From Flaccisagitta enflata (Eukaryota), in assembly GCA_965153355.1 (NCBI GenBank), contig OZ231126.1, positions 22,072,001-22,136,000 of the forward strand: a stretch of DNA of 64,000 nucleotides. The letters run 5' to 3'. The notes beneath the pieces are model-generated. The model made no database searches. It worked only from the letters and a program-made list of their open reading frames with translations, and was not told the DNA's origin. This document shows, one piece after another, positions 13,354 through 26,847 of this stretch; the first letter of the stretch is position 1, and each line of letters starts with the position of its first letter. The translations under genes were made by a program, and so were the position numbers.

Positions 13354-15254
13354 GTGAGAGAGGTTTATCCATTGGGCTTTCACTCCATTTTTCAACATAT
13401 TATGAAGCTCAAACAGTATGAAAGATTTAGAAGGGTCACTGTCAATCTCATTTGCATATTGCAGCTTTACAGTGACCTACGAAAATGTCCTGAATGCGTT
13501 TTTTTCAGTTGCATGGGTCTCTCGTATATCTTTGGTCCATAAGTTCAACAGTGAAGTCCATCTTTTGGTAACAGCAACGCCTTAGAACCACTCTATAACT
13601 TAACCACTATTTTGTGGGTATTGATTTGGCTTCTTAGTGTCTTAAAAATGAGTATTGGTTTTAAATCTCAACATAAGTACATTTACCATTACAAAATGAC
13701 TTTGTCACATGAACGGAGGGCAACAATACTCAGAGTGATCATCAGATCATTCCATATATTCTCCTCCAGTCAATGATGGGTGGGCAGGAAGGCGGAAAAG
13801 AACTAAAATTTCAAACCAATGTTTCCGGCCTTGTATTATTCAAATCCCAGACTTTTGAGTTGTAAGTTTTTTAGCTGTCTCTATTTCACTTCCACATCTA
13901 ATTTGCATATTGTTGTCAGTTGATTAGCTCACTGTAATGAAAGTACTTGAAATACTTATCTTTTTTTAAGAGGAAAAATTTTTAGAAAATATTATTCTAT
14001 ACCTATTTATGGCAAGATGAAACGACAGCATATACTTGTCTTTGAGTTGAGGTAATTTTCAGCAAATGATGAAATTTGTGTTGCTTGCCCAGGGTCTTAA
14101 ATTCAAACAATATGATTTTTCCAATTTCACTTCTTTTAATGTTTGTTTCCATCAAAAGGGTGAAAATTTACAGTCCAAATCAAAGAGTATTCAAAGTTAG
14201 AAGATAATGATAAACTTCTAAAATAAAAAAAAACTGATGAATGATTTTTCCAATAAAAAAATTGAGAATTTGAAAATAAAGAGAACTTGTGTGTCTTGGA
14301 AGGGCTTGGCTATGCATCAGAAAAATTAAGTTGCTAGGTTTGCTCTGGTTAAGCTTGGCTTGTCTTGGCTTGGCTTGGCTTGGCTTGGCTTGGCTTGGCA
14401 TAAGTAAGTCTGTGTGGCTTTTGGGGTCTAGCTTAGCTTCATCTGGACTGGCTTGACTTGGCATTGCTTGGCTTGGTTTATCTTTCCTTCCTCTGGCATT
14501 GAACCAAAGACTGAGACTAGTCTGAGACTAGACTGTTACAAGTTTGGTCTCTGAGATTTGAATTTCCAAAACATCTTCCTCCTCATCAATGAACTCCTTT
14601 CCAGCTGCTTCCCATCTCCTGCAAGTAGGAAGCCTTTTGTTTTTACATAGCAGTACTTCATAAAATAGTTTACCCCAATATCACAGAGGCAGCACTTAAC
14701 AGGTATATGGCTCTTTTCTCCCGATTTTTGCTGAAAATTTACATAGGGAGGGTTGTTTATTTTGATTTACTGGGATGTCAACAATAAAAAAGTCAAAAAT
14801 CTTACATCAAAATGTTGGGCAAGTCGAGCTCTATCTATTGGTACCATTTTGATGGCTATGTCTGCTTCATAGCAAACAATTTCAATCATTGAAGAGGAAA
14901 CGTTTTTCATAGGGACCCGTTATCTTGTTCACTTTTGTGTTTAAAGTCTTAGTTTATGTTAAAATATTTTTCATCAATTTTATAATATATTAAAGCAATG
15001 AAAATTTTAAGTAAAAAAGATTACATAATAGAATAAAATATCAACATCACTAAATCAGGAAAAAAAATCCTTGGGACTAGAAAAGATCGACTTTAAATCA
15101 GGTTTAGCTGTTATTTCAGGTGACGTTAAATCAGGTAAAATTAATATTACAAAAGCCTGCAAAAATTTGGGACCAAAGAAACCTTGATGTTAAATTCAAA
15201 ATGTCGTTAAATCAGGTGACGAAAAGGCGGTAGTCCACTGTATGCAGAAATTTT

Positions 15255-15295
15255 TCCTCCTCCTTCTTCTTTTTCTTCTTCTTCTTCTTCTTCTT

Positions 15296-15326
<31 letters not shown>

Positions 15327-15500
15327 TTCTTCTTCTTCTTCTTCTTCATGCCCCTTCCCCTGCCGCCAAATTTTGCCAAATTCTACCTAATTCTACCAAA
15401 TTCTACCAGATTTTTCCAAATCCTGCAAAATTCTGCTAAATTCTGCCAAATTCTGTTAATATCTTCCAAATTCTGCCAATTTCTGCCTATTTTGCCCAAA
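15255..15500. repeat. (CTT)n microsatellite followed by (AAATTCTGCC)n 10-mers
   Basis: Directly visible tandem units. Confidence 0.9.
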
Positions 15501-16255
15501 ACCCAGTCTTAAAGCCCCAAATCTCAGCCTTGAGGTCCAAATCCCAGTCTCTTGGCCCTAATCTCAGTCTTGAGTCTCAGCTTTGAGGCTAATAACCCAG
15601 CCTTGAGTCACAAATACTACCTTGATCAAAACTCTTTGTCCACCTGTTATCACTCATAACCAGAGCCATATGGCAAGGGACCGCTGCACATAGATCCGTG
15701 AGCATATCATACCAAGACAAAACTATAGGGCAGTAGCTAGAAATGATAGCTATGGTATAAACATGTCCTCTAGTATGTATAGATCACATCAATATAGGGT
15801 TTTGCCTCTGCCCTAATTCATCTAAGGACATTTTTTTGCTCATGAAGTCATTAGGTTCACTATTTTGAAGGCGCGGAATTGAGGGGTTACCAAATTTCAC
15901 ACAAGTTGTTTTCAATCCACCCTGAAGCTTTCCCAAAAAGTTTGTGTCTTCCTTTACATTCTCAGTATCATTTTTGATGTCTAGAAAATTAACAAATAAA
16001 ATCCAAAAGTCATTTTTTGCAACATTTATTTTTGGGCAAAGTAGTTAACTTCAAGGAAGAAAATGAGGCTTTGGATGAGATAGGGCGGGGGTAAAACCAT
16101 ACATTTTCTTGCTTTCAGTAGGCAACTATACCAGTTTCTGCCCTTGTTATGGGTCCAAAAAGCTGCCCTAATTTCTTTTGTCCTGAGGTGCTGTGCTTTC
16201 AGACCATAGTGCGCTGGGACCGCCATGGCGGCTCCTTGTGGGGACACACACCCCT

Positions 16256-16842
<587 letters not shown>

Positions 16843-18170
16843 AACCCGAGCGGAAGAGGAGAGGGAGAGAAAGAAAGGGAGTTAAAACTTGATACAGAGG
16901 GGATTAGTGGAATTGATTGCCACCACTCTGCCAATCACTAATAGGGGCTCTCATAGATAAGGTGAAAAACATTCAAACCGATCATTCTGTGTGTTCCTAC
17001 ATTTCTGAACCTTCTTTCGTTGTACTCATTTATTTTATCATGAGAAACTGGTGACATCTTAATCTAAAGATGTCTACTGGACAACGATTTTGGATACTCC
17101 TAAATGTCCTGAAGTACAATGTTCAAACTGTGACAACATTTTTGTTAATGATTACGCTTCCCATCATATGAAAATCATCACCCTACGTTGATAAGTGCAG
17201 GAAAAATGCAGTCCATAACATCAATAAAAGAGAGCTCACCTTATGTGTGTCCTCATCTTTTAAAAAATCTTGTTTTGAATCTTGCAAACAACCAGAAATA
17301 TCTCAAATTGAGAAGTATAATCAAGATTCTGAGCTTCAAAACTTACATTTAAATATTAGTGATCATGATGAGCAAGAGATGGAGGAGGCAATGCCATGTG
17401 TGTCACTACCAATTCACGATAACTTACATGTCATTGTTGAAGAGTGTGTCACACCCTCTCCTACTACTTTTGCAGAGGAATATTACTGTTGTCTATACAT
17501 GTAGAGACAAAAAAATCACTAGTTGAATTAATCGGGACACTACGAAGTTGTCGTGACACAAATTGCTTATAACTGTACATCTAAATAAAACAAATAGAAA
17601 AAAATGGTGAGATTCAAAAACTATATCAAAAAATCTTTCAATTGCAACTAATCTGGTCCCTGTGGCTCAAACCGTTTGGAAATCAGAGCATCTTGAAAGT
17701 GACATACCATTCTTAAAAATGCAGAAAAAAACTGATTGTTTTTTTCTTGTTGGAAGTGTCATGATAAAAACATAGGCTTTAGTAATATACTAACATTTTA
17801 ACAGAAAAAGTCAGGCACCTTGTATTTTTCTTCATCATGAAAATATGTGGCCTAAAAACTTGATCATAAATCAATCTTTGATCAAGAATGAGGTCTTTTA
17901 AGCAAAACAATTATTTGTTCGAAAAAGTGAAAAACTTCACTTGAAAAGTTTGATAAGCTCTGGGAAGATTATCTAAAACGACACTATAAAAAGTTGCCCA
18001 GATGCCAACAAGCAGTCACTACACTTGGAGGAAATCATACAAAGTATAAGGACAAAGAAATCAATGAAATGGTTGGCACAGTAGATGTGGTCTAGACTTG
18101 GAAATACGGGGGAGCTCATAACTTGAATATCAGTAAAGTGAGGGGGCTGATATTTTGCTAGTGTAATGTA

Positions 18171-18713
18171 CCGGGTGGACATAAAAAAGGTAGCTCTGTA
18201 TCTGAATAAAAGAATAACTGTCTTTAACTGCTTATTATGTGAATATTTGAAATGATAAATCTCTGAATTTGTTTATATGATTGAAATATATGAATTCAAA
18301 TCATGTATGATAAATCAAAATAATTTTTTCTGGACATTATTGCCTGATTATAACTAAAAGTGAAAATTAGTTAATATTACTGTTTTGGATATGTATTTGG
18401 TTTTTTACTTTAAAAGTCTGGGTCTTTATAGTTTCCTAAGACCCACTTTTATTCAACTATTTTCATTCAGAAGTAAATTTTGTTAAAATCATTGATTTTT
18501 ACTAGAATTTAAATAAAATTCTACAAGTGGTCTCTATTTCAATTAACTTTTGTAAAGATAAAATGAAAAATATTGGTCCTCATAAAAAATGTTCATAATG
18601 GAACATGTAGGCGACGATCATATCTAGGTAGCTAAATAATTTTTTTTTACTTAAGAGAAATTTCAAAAATGATATGAAAAAAAGTAAAAGCTACCTTTTT
18701 ATAGACCACCCGT
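18171..18713. mobile_element. Tc1/mariner-type MITE
   Basis: TA|CCGGGTGGACATAAAAAAAGGTAGCT ... AGCTACCTTTTTATAGACCACCCGT|TA: imperfect TIRs with a TA TSD. Confidence 0.7.
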
Positions 18714-18719
18714 TATAAA

Positions 18720-19192
18720 CCTTTACAGGTTGACGATGGGGTATGGCATCCCCCTATAGCTTACCTTACGAAAAAAAGGTTTAGTATAAAATCATAGGAA
18801 CAATCACTTTTTTGGCTGAATTTTAGCTTTGTCTATTTGCTCAAATTGCAAAACCAGCCTAGGGTATGAACCTGGAACCTCAAAGTAAATAAACTGATCC
18901 TGATAATTTTGAAGTCAAGGGTGCGTCTGCATTCACCATATTATTTGGATATTTTATCTGGATATCAATATCCGGATATTCTACATAGTGAATTTACAAA
19001 ATTTACTACATGAACTATCCGAATATTAATATTCAAATAAAATATCCGAATAAGCTGATTAATGCAGACACACCTTAAGTGAGTTAACCACTAGACCAAT
19101 TCCTGCAGCTGTTCAGGTGAGAATTTGATTAACTGTATTCAATAAAGTTGTCTATCCACAGAGCTGTCATACCCCATTGTCAACCCTTCAGG
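18720..19192. mobile_element. TIR element (GGTTGACRATGGGGTATGRCA) containing a nested PIF/Harbinger-like MITE at 18919-19075
   Basis: Outer IRs at 18728-18748 and 19165-19186. Inner IR GGTGCGTCTGCATT / AATGCAGACACACC flanked by CAA/TAA. Confidence 0.5.
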
Positions 19193-19686
19193 TCATAAGC
19201 ATGATATACACACAGTTTCATTTCATTTGCCTAAATAGTATTTAGGATATGAGGGCCCCATATTTCTAAGTCTGGATGTCATCTACTGTATTTTATGTAA
19301 AAATTTACTTTGTCTCAGGGTGGACGAAGACTTTTGATCAAGGTAGTACTAGACTTGAGGCCTAAATTCCATCCTTGAGACCCAAAACTTACTAAGCGTA
19401 GGTCATCGGCCCTCTTGGGGCCTAGGCCTAGGCCTAGGAGCGATGCTACACTTTTGGGGGTTAACTTTTTAGTCGCGGACATGCGACTTTACACTTTGCC
19501 GTCCCAATCCTAAATTGCTAGCAGTTTTTGCATTACTGCCCCTGCCTAACTATTTGCGAATTTGGTGCCGTGTATCCGGCCTTGTTGTATTTTACTTTTC
19601 TATGAGTTGGATCACATTACACTACAACCCAAAAAACTAAAGTAATGATAATAATAATGTCTGTCTATCATCTGCTTATCCTATAG

Positions 19687-19884
19687 GTTCAGATGGAAGT
19701 ACTTTCAAAAAAGTGACCACATGCACCAAATGGTATAAGAAAACATCTGTCTATTTGAAATGTCCGAAAGGCCAGCGGATTAATATAATCAGCGCAATCT
19801 ATGGATTTTGGAAAGGCAAAAATTCAAAAACAAAGTATTGTGGTTTCAAAACCGGCGATTGCAAAGTGATAATGAAAAATCCAG
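19687..19884 (+). CDS. SUEL/Gal-lectin-like domain protein, internal exon (N-terminal half of the domain)
   Basis: CTATAG acceptor and CAG|GTAAGA donor, both phase 1. Translation SDGSTFKKVTTCTKWYKKTSVYLKCPKGQRINIISAIYGFWKG…CGFKTGDCKV matches the SUEL pattern L-x-C-P-x-G-x2-I-x-I-x2-A-x-Y-G. An upstream exon or start was not found. Confidence 0.75.
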
Positions 19885-20129
19885 GTAAGAGTTTTTTTTA
19901 TAATTTTTTTTCTTTTGTCTTGTTTTTTTTTTCTTAATAGACCATCAAAGTAAAAAGATGCATACTCAATTGTAGCTGTATCTACTACTTAGAAGGTCCA
20001 ATACTCTCGAATTTGTTATAGCGGTCTGTAAATGTACTCTGAAAATCTACAAAATGCTCCAAAATATTGTGTGATAGTCTTGTTCTAAGATGGTGACTTT
20101 TTCTTTCACTTAATCCAATCCATATCCAG

Positions 20130-20233
20130 GTTGTTCCGGGAATGAATGCAAAGTCCCGGTTGAGAGATCACGGCGTTATAGAAAGTGCAATGCAGTGCAC
20201 GATTATTACACAATCAAATACAGTTGCGTCTGA
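20130..20233 (+). CDS. SUEL/Gal-lectin-like domain protein, last exon
   Basis: ATCCAG acceptor, phase-compatible with the previous exon. Translation GCSGNECKVPVERSRRYRKCNAVHDYYTIKYSCV* supplies the C-x-G-x2/3-C-x-V…Y-x-C end of the domain. Confidence 0.72.
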
Positions 20234-21549
20234 TAATCTCAAAGAAATTCGCTTGGACAACAAAATAACTTCTTTCCAACACCTTTAACTCCTTTTTTAA
20301 ATTCTTTGACAAAGATGCTCAAAAGGATATCTGCTGGACGTTCCGTGTTTTCAACCGGGTGATCTGCCTGCACGGTATTTTAGTCAGTGGCTGCTACTTT
20401 ACTGATGATTGAGATTTGGGCATTACAAAAAAAGACACACAACATTTATTTCAAGCCTTGGATGGATAATGTAGTCCAAATACTTCACAAATTATGCTAA
20501 ATGTACCATGTCTAAAGATTTTAGATTGAATACGAAATTCGAATATTTTGGAAGATTTGCGAATTTTACATTTTGGATTGATGGTGGTCTTTAGACCATA
20601 TCTTATTGCGATATTGGATGAAGCTACACTCCTGTCTTTTTCTTCAAAATTATAAACTTTAGATCCTGTCAAGAATAAGTTGCACTGATTGGATAAAAAA
20701 TTTCACGACTTGGTTTTCCTGAAAGCTGATGGCCCAAGGCATTGCGTGGATTTAAATTAGACGGCGAGTGACTTGGAAGTGAAAATTAACCCGTGAGGAC
20801 TTCTTGTGGCGCGGTGGATCAGTTGATAGAGTCTTGAAGTTAGGAAAGAAATGTTATTTTGTTTCAGTGTCACAAGTTCGACTCCTGAGTGGTGTTGCAC
20901 ATTTTTTCTTTTTGGTCAACAATTAAAGCTAAAGCTATAAAACTATATTCACGCAATACTCTGGCCCAACGGCTTTAAGGAAGAACATTGTTTAAGCTAA
21001 ATCATCAACATGGAAACAACCCTCTTTCTGACGTCCTCATTGCTACCATTGTACCGTAAATGTTCAGTAATTCTTAGCTGATTCAGCTATTTTGTTTTCG
21101 TAGTTCATGAATATATTCAATTTTAGCAGATCACCTGGTATTCATGACCATTTTAATATCAACTTGAAGTTGTACCACGCAGTAACAGATGTCAATCGAC
21201 TAATAGGTTTTTGATAATATAAGAAAATAAAAGACATAACATGAAATGGCAAAGATTCTTTTTTCACTATAGGTTTTTTTCCTTACTCTTAGATATCTTA
21301 CAGCGGTGTCACTGCACCTTAACTCTACCATTATTGTTCAACTTAAGTGGTAAAGCATGGTTGCCACACTCGATTCATATTCATACCGTTTGAATCACAT
21401 TCTTTGCATGACTTATTGACTGCTAGCCTCTCCACTCCGTTAAATTCTAAGAACCTCAATTAGGTGGTGCTTACCTGCATCAAATGATAGATTGAATAAT
21501 GAATACCCCGAATTGCATCACTGAACAAAAAATGGAAAAAAGTCTAAGT

Positions 21550-21925
21550 GATGAATTGGATGGACAAGGATGCCATGGCCATATTAGCCGATATTCTGTG
21601 GACCGAGCGCCAGGATGTTCAACACAAGTATAACAATGTCAATTGTTACTATATCGGTGCACAACTAAATCGAGTTTGGCTGGAAAACGGGAACTTCGAA
21701 ATTTAGCTGCAGTGGATTAACGGTAACAAGTCAGTGGATCCGGATTTGTTAAGCTCTAAGGCAAAATCAAGCAACAAATGGATTCAAGGGCAAAAGCTAG
21801 GCGTTCATCTGGAATTGGATGGAACCGGCGGCATTGAGCCTCCTAACCAACTTCTTGAAAGGGGAATTTTGTGCTTTTGTCACGACGCAGCCCTTGGGTG
21901 TGGATCTTACGTTACCACTGAGTAG
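21550..21925 (+). pseudogene. Possible decayed C-type-lectin-like coding remnant
   Basis: Frame reads …NVNCYYIGAQLNRVWLENGNFEI*LQWINGNKSVDPDL…GILCFC, with an in-frame stop. YYIG…WING is only loosely CTL-like. Confidence 0.25.
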
Positions 21926-22009
21926 CGCTTATGATCGCATTCCCACGTCACACTCATTTTTACCGTAATCGGTGGATGTTGTCAAAATATGTAAAAATAA
22001 AATGTTTTC

Positions 22010-22211
22010 AAACAAGGCCGGATACACGGCTACCCTAGTCGCGTGCGAGTGGGCAGGAGCAGTGCTGGAGAAGGTCATTAGGGCATCTGGGCAGGAGCCA
22101 TATGCTCAAAAAGCTCAAAAGCGCCGAAACAGTAAAAAGGGGACCAACCAACCGACCGACCGACCGACGGACCGACATAGCGGGGTGTAGAGTCGCGTAG
22201 CACGTGACTAA
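22010..22211 (-). mobile_element. HINE family A element
   Basis: AACAAGGCCGGATACACGGCTAC…AGTCGCGTGC…(GACC)n…GTAGAGTCGCGTAGCACGTGACTAA. Further copies at ~19465-19586, 24382-24608, 29440-29632, 53616-53764, 55170-55417, 57457-57662 and 62059-62225. Confidence 0.75.
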
Positions 22212-23861
22212 GAAGTCATCAAACTATCATTTACGTACCATCACAAGAATATTGCTGTCTCAATCATTCGTTTGAGGGACTGCGAGGGAAAGATAGTAGA
22301 GGAACAATATCCAATATCATCTAGTTTGACTCTTTTTTATTGCAACACTCTATAGTTGATGCTTCTTTTTAGGTGCTCTTGAGCTTCAATCAAGGACATG
22401 CCATGGGGTTTGGCAAAATGGCAACTTATCCTAACTCAGCATAGCCATTATCGCAGCTGTTGGGCTTGAGACCGACTCAGCGTTTTAAGCGTTCCCTCAA
22501 ACTCCTGTGTTACCTCCATGACTCCATAAGTCGATGGGGTCCATGTACAATTTTACATCCTGGGTTCCAACCTCTTAAGGAAAGTGCTCTAATCGGTTAT
22601 TACATGCATCATTCCTGGTTTTCTTTTCTGCAAAACTAATTAAGCCAATATCCCTTCTGAGTGTAGCCCAAAACCTTATTGCTCTCAAGAAATAGATAGG
22701 GCCGAAGAATTATCACCTATGAATCCAAAATTCAACAATTCTCCCGAGGGTAACATTTTAAGAAACCATACCCTTAACGGATAGAATGCTTGATTCATGA
22801 TTCAAGAACCTCCTTAGCATGACATCGTAGGTCTGTCACTTGGTGCGGATGTGTTAAATTGCTTGTTTCAAATGAGTAGATAATCCCTGAAATTTACAGT
22901 CTAAAGAACATTGCTCGCTTTACGTTTTGATTTTTGAGAACAACCGACTGGTAATTATTCACGCTTTGCCTCGTAAATCACAATTGTTTCCAATAGCTCT
23001 CATTTCGATAGACACGTTATGATGTTAATGTCTCCTTTGATATCATATCATATCCTTTGATATCATATCATATGACGCACTGAAATTTAAGATAGAGGAA
23101 TTTACCCGTAGGACAAACTTACCAATCCCATTAGCAGTTCTCTTCTATCAATGTTTGCTCTATTTTTTTCTTACTTTAGTAGGTTTAATTACATAAGAGA
23201 AATGGTCTGTTATTGCCAAATGAAAGAATGGGGAAGAGGAAAGAAGAAAATTCGACCATGAAGTTAAGGCAAAGTGAAGAAATTAGTGATAATCAATTTA
23301 TTTTGAGCTCACACAGAATTCCAAATTTGCATAGAAAATCAAAATATCCTTGAAATGAGAACATAACCCGCTCAGTTACTGAGTTAGGGATCGCGCTATG
23401 TTTTTATTTTGTTGACATTTTGAGTTTCTACAATAACAAAGTGAGATTTTCACTGCATTTTGTCTAATTTTTCGACCATAAAATTCATGATTCAAGACTT
23501 GAACTGACTAGTTAAAATAATTCAATGCAAAACATATCTATTCACATATTGATTGATGACGCCCAAGCACAAAATTTTATCATATTTGATTTTATGAAAA
23601 TCATGATTCATCTTGCTTGGGTAGCTAATTATATGGCGATTTTCAGTGCGTCATATGACATCACATCCCACAGATAGTAAAATGTCTCCTCATCATATTA
23701 CTCTGTCGTGATTTAACTTCTCGGCACTTACACCATAAAAGAACAGGTCGCCCAAGGGCAATATGTGGTCAGCGATACCCGTTACCCTGCTTTGAGAGAT
23801 TGTGAATTGGAGTGAGGGGAAGCAGGGCAGCGGCCCCGAAGGGGACAAAGTCCTGTAGAAC

Positions 23862-25164
23862 CAGAGATCCGGAGCCGGAGCCGGATCTGGAGCCGGATGC
23901 GGTGGTCGCGGCAATTATGCAGGGACGCGGGCGCGGAGGCGATCAGAGTTATGAGTCTCAGAGGAGACGCGGACGCAGAACCGTTTGCATCTTAAAAACC
24001 AAGACACGGACGCGGACGCGGTTTTTTCAGACTTTCTATCCAATTACTTTTCTTTCTTCCTTCCTTTTGTTTCCTTTTTTCTCTCTTTCTTTCATACACT
24101 CTTTATTTGTTTGCTTGTTTCATCGTTTTTTTCTTCTTTTTTTGTTACTCTTTCTCAGTTCTATTTTTTCTTTACCTCTTCCTTTTATGATTACAGTTGA
24201 GCTTCACTAGAGCTCATGCCAAGGGACTTGGCAGAATAATGCCTCATTGCCATTATAAAAAAAATACCAATTTTTCTCTAGGACTGCCGGTTGTATGTCT
24301 CACAGGTCAGGTGGGCATGCCTTACTAGCGGGTGCGCTCTAGCGGTTCTCCAGTGTATATTTGTTTTATATATATTTTTATCTTTTTAGTTGCAGCCACG
24401 CAACTCTATAAGAGGCTTTGTCCGTCCATCGGTCCATTGGTCTGTCGGTCCGTCGGTCCGTCAGTCCGTCAGTCTGTCCATGGACACGAGTTGAAAAGTG
24501 GGAAAACATTTTAGATGGTTTTTGTGTATGGGTGTGGGATGGGGATGGGGATTGGACGCCCCTTCCCACCCGTCTGCAACGATATTTTGACCCTGCGTCA
24601 CTTGTTTTTTCTCTTGTTTCCCTGCTTTATGTTTTCTATGTTTCTATGCAGACATGCAACTCTAAAAAAAGAGCCTTTGTCCATTAGTCGGTCCATCAGT
24701 TGGTCCATTGATACATCTGTCATGCTCCAATTGAAGATTGCCGCAGTTGTTGTTATGTATGTGTGTAAGTGAGTGTGTGTGGAACTGGGGTTGGAGTGGG
24801 TTTGGGGTTGGGATGAAGCTGGGGTATGAATATTCAATATTGTGACCCTGTGTAACTCGTTGTACTATGTTCACGTTTCCCCACCTTTCTCTTCTTTCAT
24901 TCCACTTCATCACTTCATCTCTCGTTTTTTCCCCTTTCCATATTCCTTTCTTTCCATTTCCTTTCTTTCTTTCTTTCATTCCTCCTCTTTTTCTTTCTTT
25001 CCATTTTTTCTTACTTCACATTATCCTGTCTGTTCCTGTTTTCTTTTGTTCCATTTTCCTTTGTTTTCCTTTCTTTGTTTTCCTATCTTTCTTTTTCCTT
25101 TTTCTTTCTTTCTTCCTTTCTTTCTTTCTCCTTTTTCTTTCTTTCTCCTCTTTCTTTCTTTCTG

Positions 25165-25243
<79 letters not shown>

Positions 25244-25254
25244 CTTTCTTCTTT

Positions 25255-25289
<35 letters not shown>

Positions 25290-25579
25290 CTTTCTTTTTT
25301 TGAATATTGGTCCACTTTCTTTTTAACAAGTAAAATAGTCAGTGAAGGTTGTAAGTTCAAATATCACTGGATAAGACGCGGATGTGGAAAAAACGTGGAC
25401 GCGGCAAAAATTTCCGGAGGCGGAGATGGAGCCGGAAATGGAATTTCAGGCAGATAGGACGCGGAACCGGAACTGGGTGACAAGGGAAGTCTGAGGTCGC
25501 GGAATGGTTTGGAATCGGTACTTTCCTTGGTGGATAAGGAGTGGTCGCGGGGCAATATTTACCGCGACCAAGGCCTCTG
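23862..25579. mobile_element. Non-autonomous hAT-type element
   Basis: CAGAG…CTCTG termini, perfect 8-bp TSD TGTAGAAC (23854-23861 and 25580-25587), sub-terminal GGAGCC/GGACGC repeats at both ends. Confidence 0.8.
24195..24356. mobile_element. Tc1/pogo-type MITE (family also at 29766-29939 and ~52088-52261)
   Basis: CAGTTGAGCTTCRCTAGAGC…CTAGCGGT(T/G)CTC(C/T)A(G/C)TG flanked by TA. Three homologous ~170-bp copies. Confidence 0.65.
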
Positions 25580-26680
25580 TGTAGAACACAGGGGGATTTT
25601 GTTCGTCCTGCCTGAAGAAGTGGATGAGATGCTATAGAGGCCTTCAAGACCCTAAACTGAGGTTTAAGAAGGCTGATGTAAGGCCTCATAACGCCAATCT
25701 GAAGCTTAAGAGGGCTGACTTGAGGCTTGAGAGAACTGGATTAAGGCTTGAAAGGTCAGAGGACTGATTTGAAGCCTGAGAGCAATAAATTGAGGCTTTG
25801 ATAGCAGATTTAAAGCCTAATTTGAGGCCTGAGAGGCCAGGTTTGAGGTAATTTGGATTTGAGGCCTGAGAAGCCTAATTTGAGGCCTGAGAGGCCAGGT
25901 TTGAGGCCTGAGAGGTTGGATTTGAGGCCTGAGAGGCTGGATTTGAAGCCTGAGAGGCTGGATTTGAGGCCTGAGAGGCTGGATTTGAGGCCTGAGAGGC
26001 CAGATTTGAGGCCTGAGGGGCCTGATGAGGGGGGGACGAACGAACAAACGGACAAACGAACGAAAGTCCCCCTGTGTTCTACAGGACTTCGTCCCCTTCG
26101 GGGCCGCTGCCCAAAAGGTAGAGGGTAAGAAAGAGCAAAAGGCAGAATGTTGGAAGAAAATAAAATTGGAAGACAATCAAACCCAGACTCTCCGTCGCTC
26201 TCTCTCTCTCGCCTTTGACTCTCTTTCCCCCAGATGTCACTTTAGGATGGAGCATGGAGACACAGATAGAAAAGAATTGAAAGAGAGGAGAAAAGAAGCA
26301 TTGAGAAAAAGAGGAGGAGGAAGAGAGGGAAGAGGAAGAGGAGGAGGAGGATGGAAACCGCTGAATGAAGTAGAAAGGCATATTGAAACAGTAGGAGGAG
26401 GAGAATGAAACTGAGAGAGGATGTCGTTTCGTTTGAAAAGGGAAAAAAGAGAAAAGAAGAGGAAGAGGAAGGTGACATTCTGTGATGAGAAGGAGTAAAA
26501 GGAGGAGGAGAAGGATGAAGAGGGGGAGAATGGAGGCAGAAGTAAGAAGCGTTGCCACTCTGTTCTGATGGCAGCACCGCCAGGGTTGGGGAAAAAAAGA
26601 AATGTGCGGAGAGAAAAAAAGAAGGAGAAGATGTCATAAAAATCTGTTTTGTGACTTCAAACCGAAGAAAAAAGTTAGAG

Positions 26681-26847
<167 letters not shown>

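Larger units (their letters stand above)
8050..13920 (+). repeat. Degenerate tandem array, ~440-470-bp unit, conserved core AATCTCATTTGCATATTGCAGCTCTATAGTGACCT
   Basis: ATTTGCAT at 8087, 8683, 8847, 9118, 9674, 10123, 11221, 11976, 12412, 12885, 13450 and 13901. Uninterrupted spacings are 449, 436, 473 and 451. Downstream blocks CCTGAATG…TTTTCAGG, GATCATTGGTCCATTAGTCTAACAGTCAAGTCCAT and GAATTCATTTTGCTCCTTACAG are shared by most units. Confidence 0.9.
23742..26116 (-). mobile_element. HINE family B element split by a nested hAT element
   Basis: 23742-23861 plus 25588-26116 together reproduce the 4306-5167 copy. Confidence 0.8.

Noticed and set aside
8050..13920. CRISPR-like repeat/spacer array
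   Set aside because: Eukaryotic context, units ~450 bp, spacers are mutually homologous, and there are no cas genes.
17095..17504. Degenerate single C2H2-like peptide (CSNCDNIF…HHMK) and an acidic ORF
   Set aside because: Frameshifted and short, with no clear splice structure; insufficient support.
20805..20895. tRNA-like A box/B box (GTGGATCAGTTG…GTTCGACTCC); similar on the minus strand at ~18860-19100
   Set aside because: No convincing cloverleaf or anticodon arm. At best a decayed SINE head.
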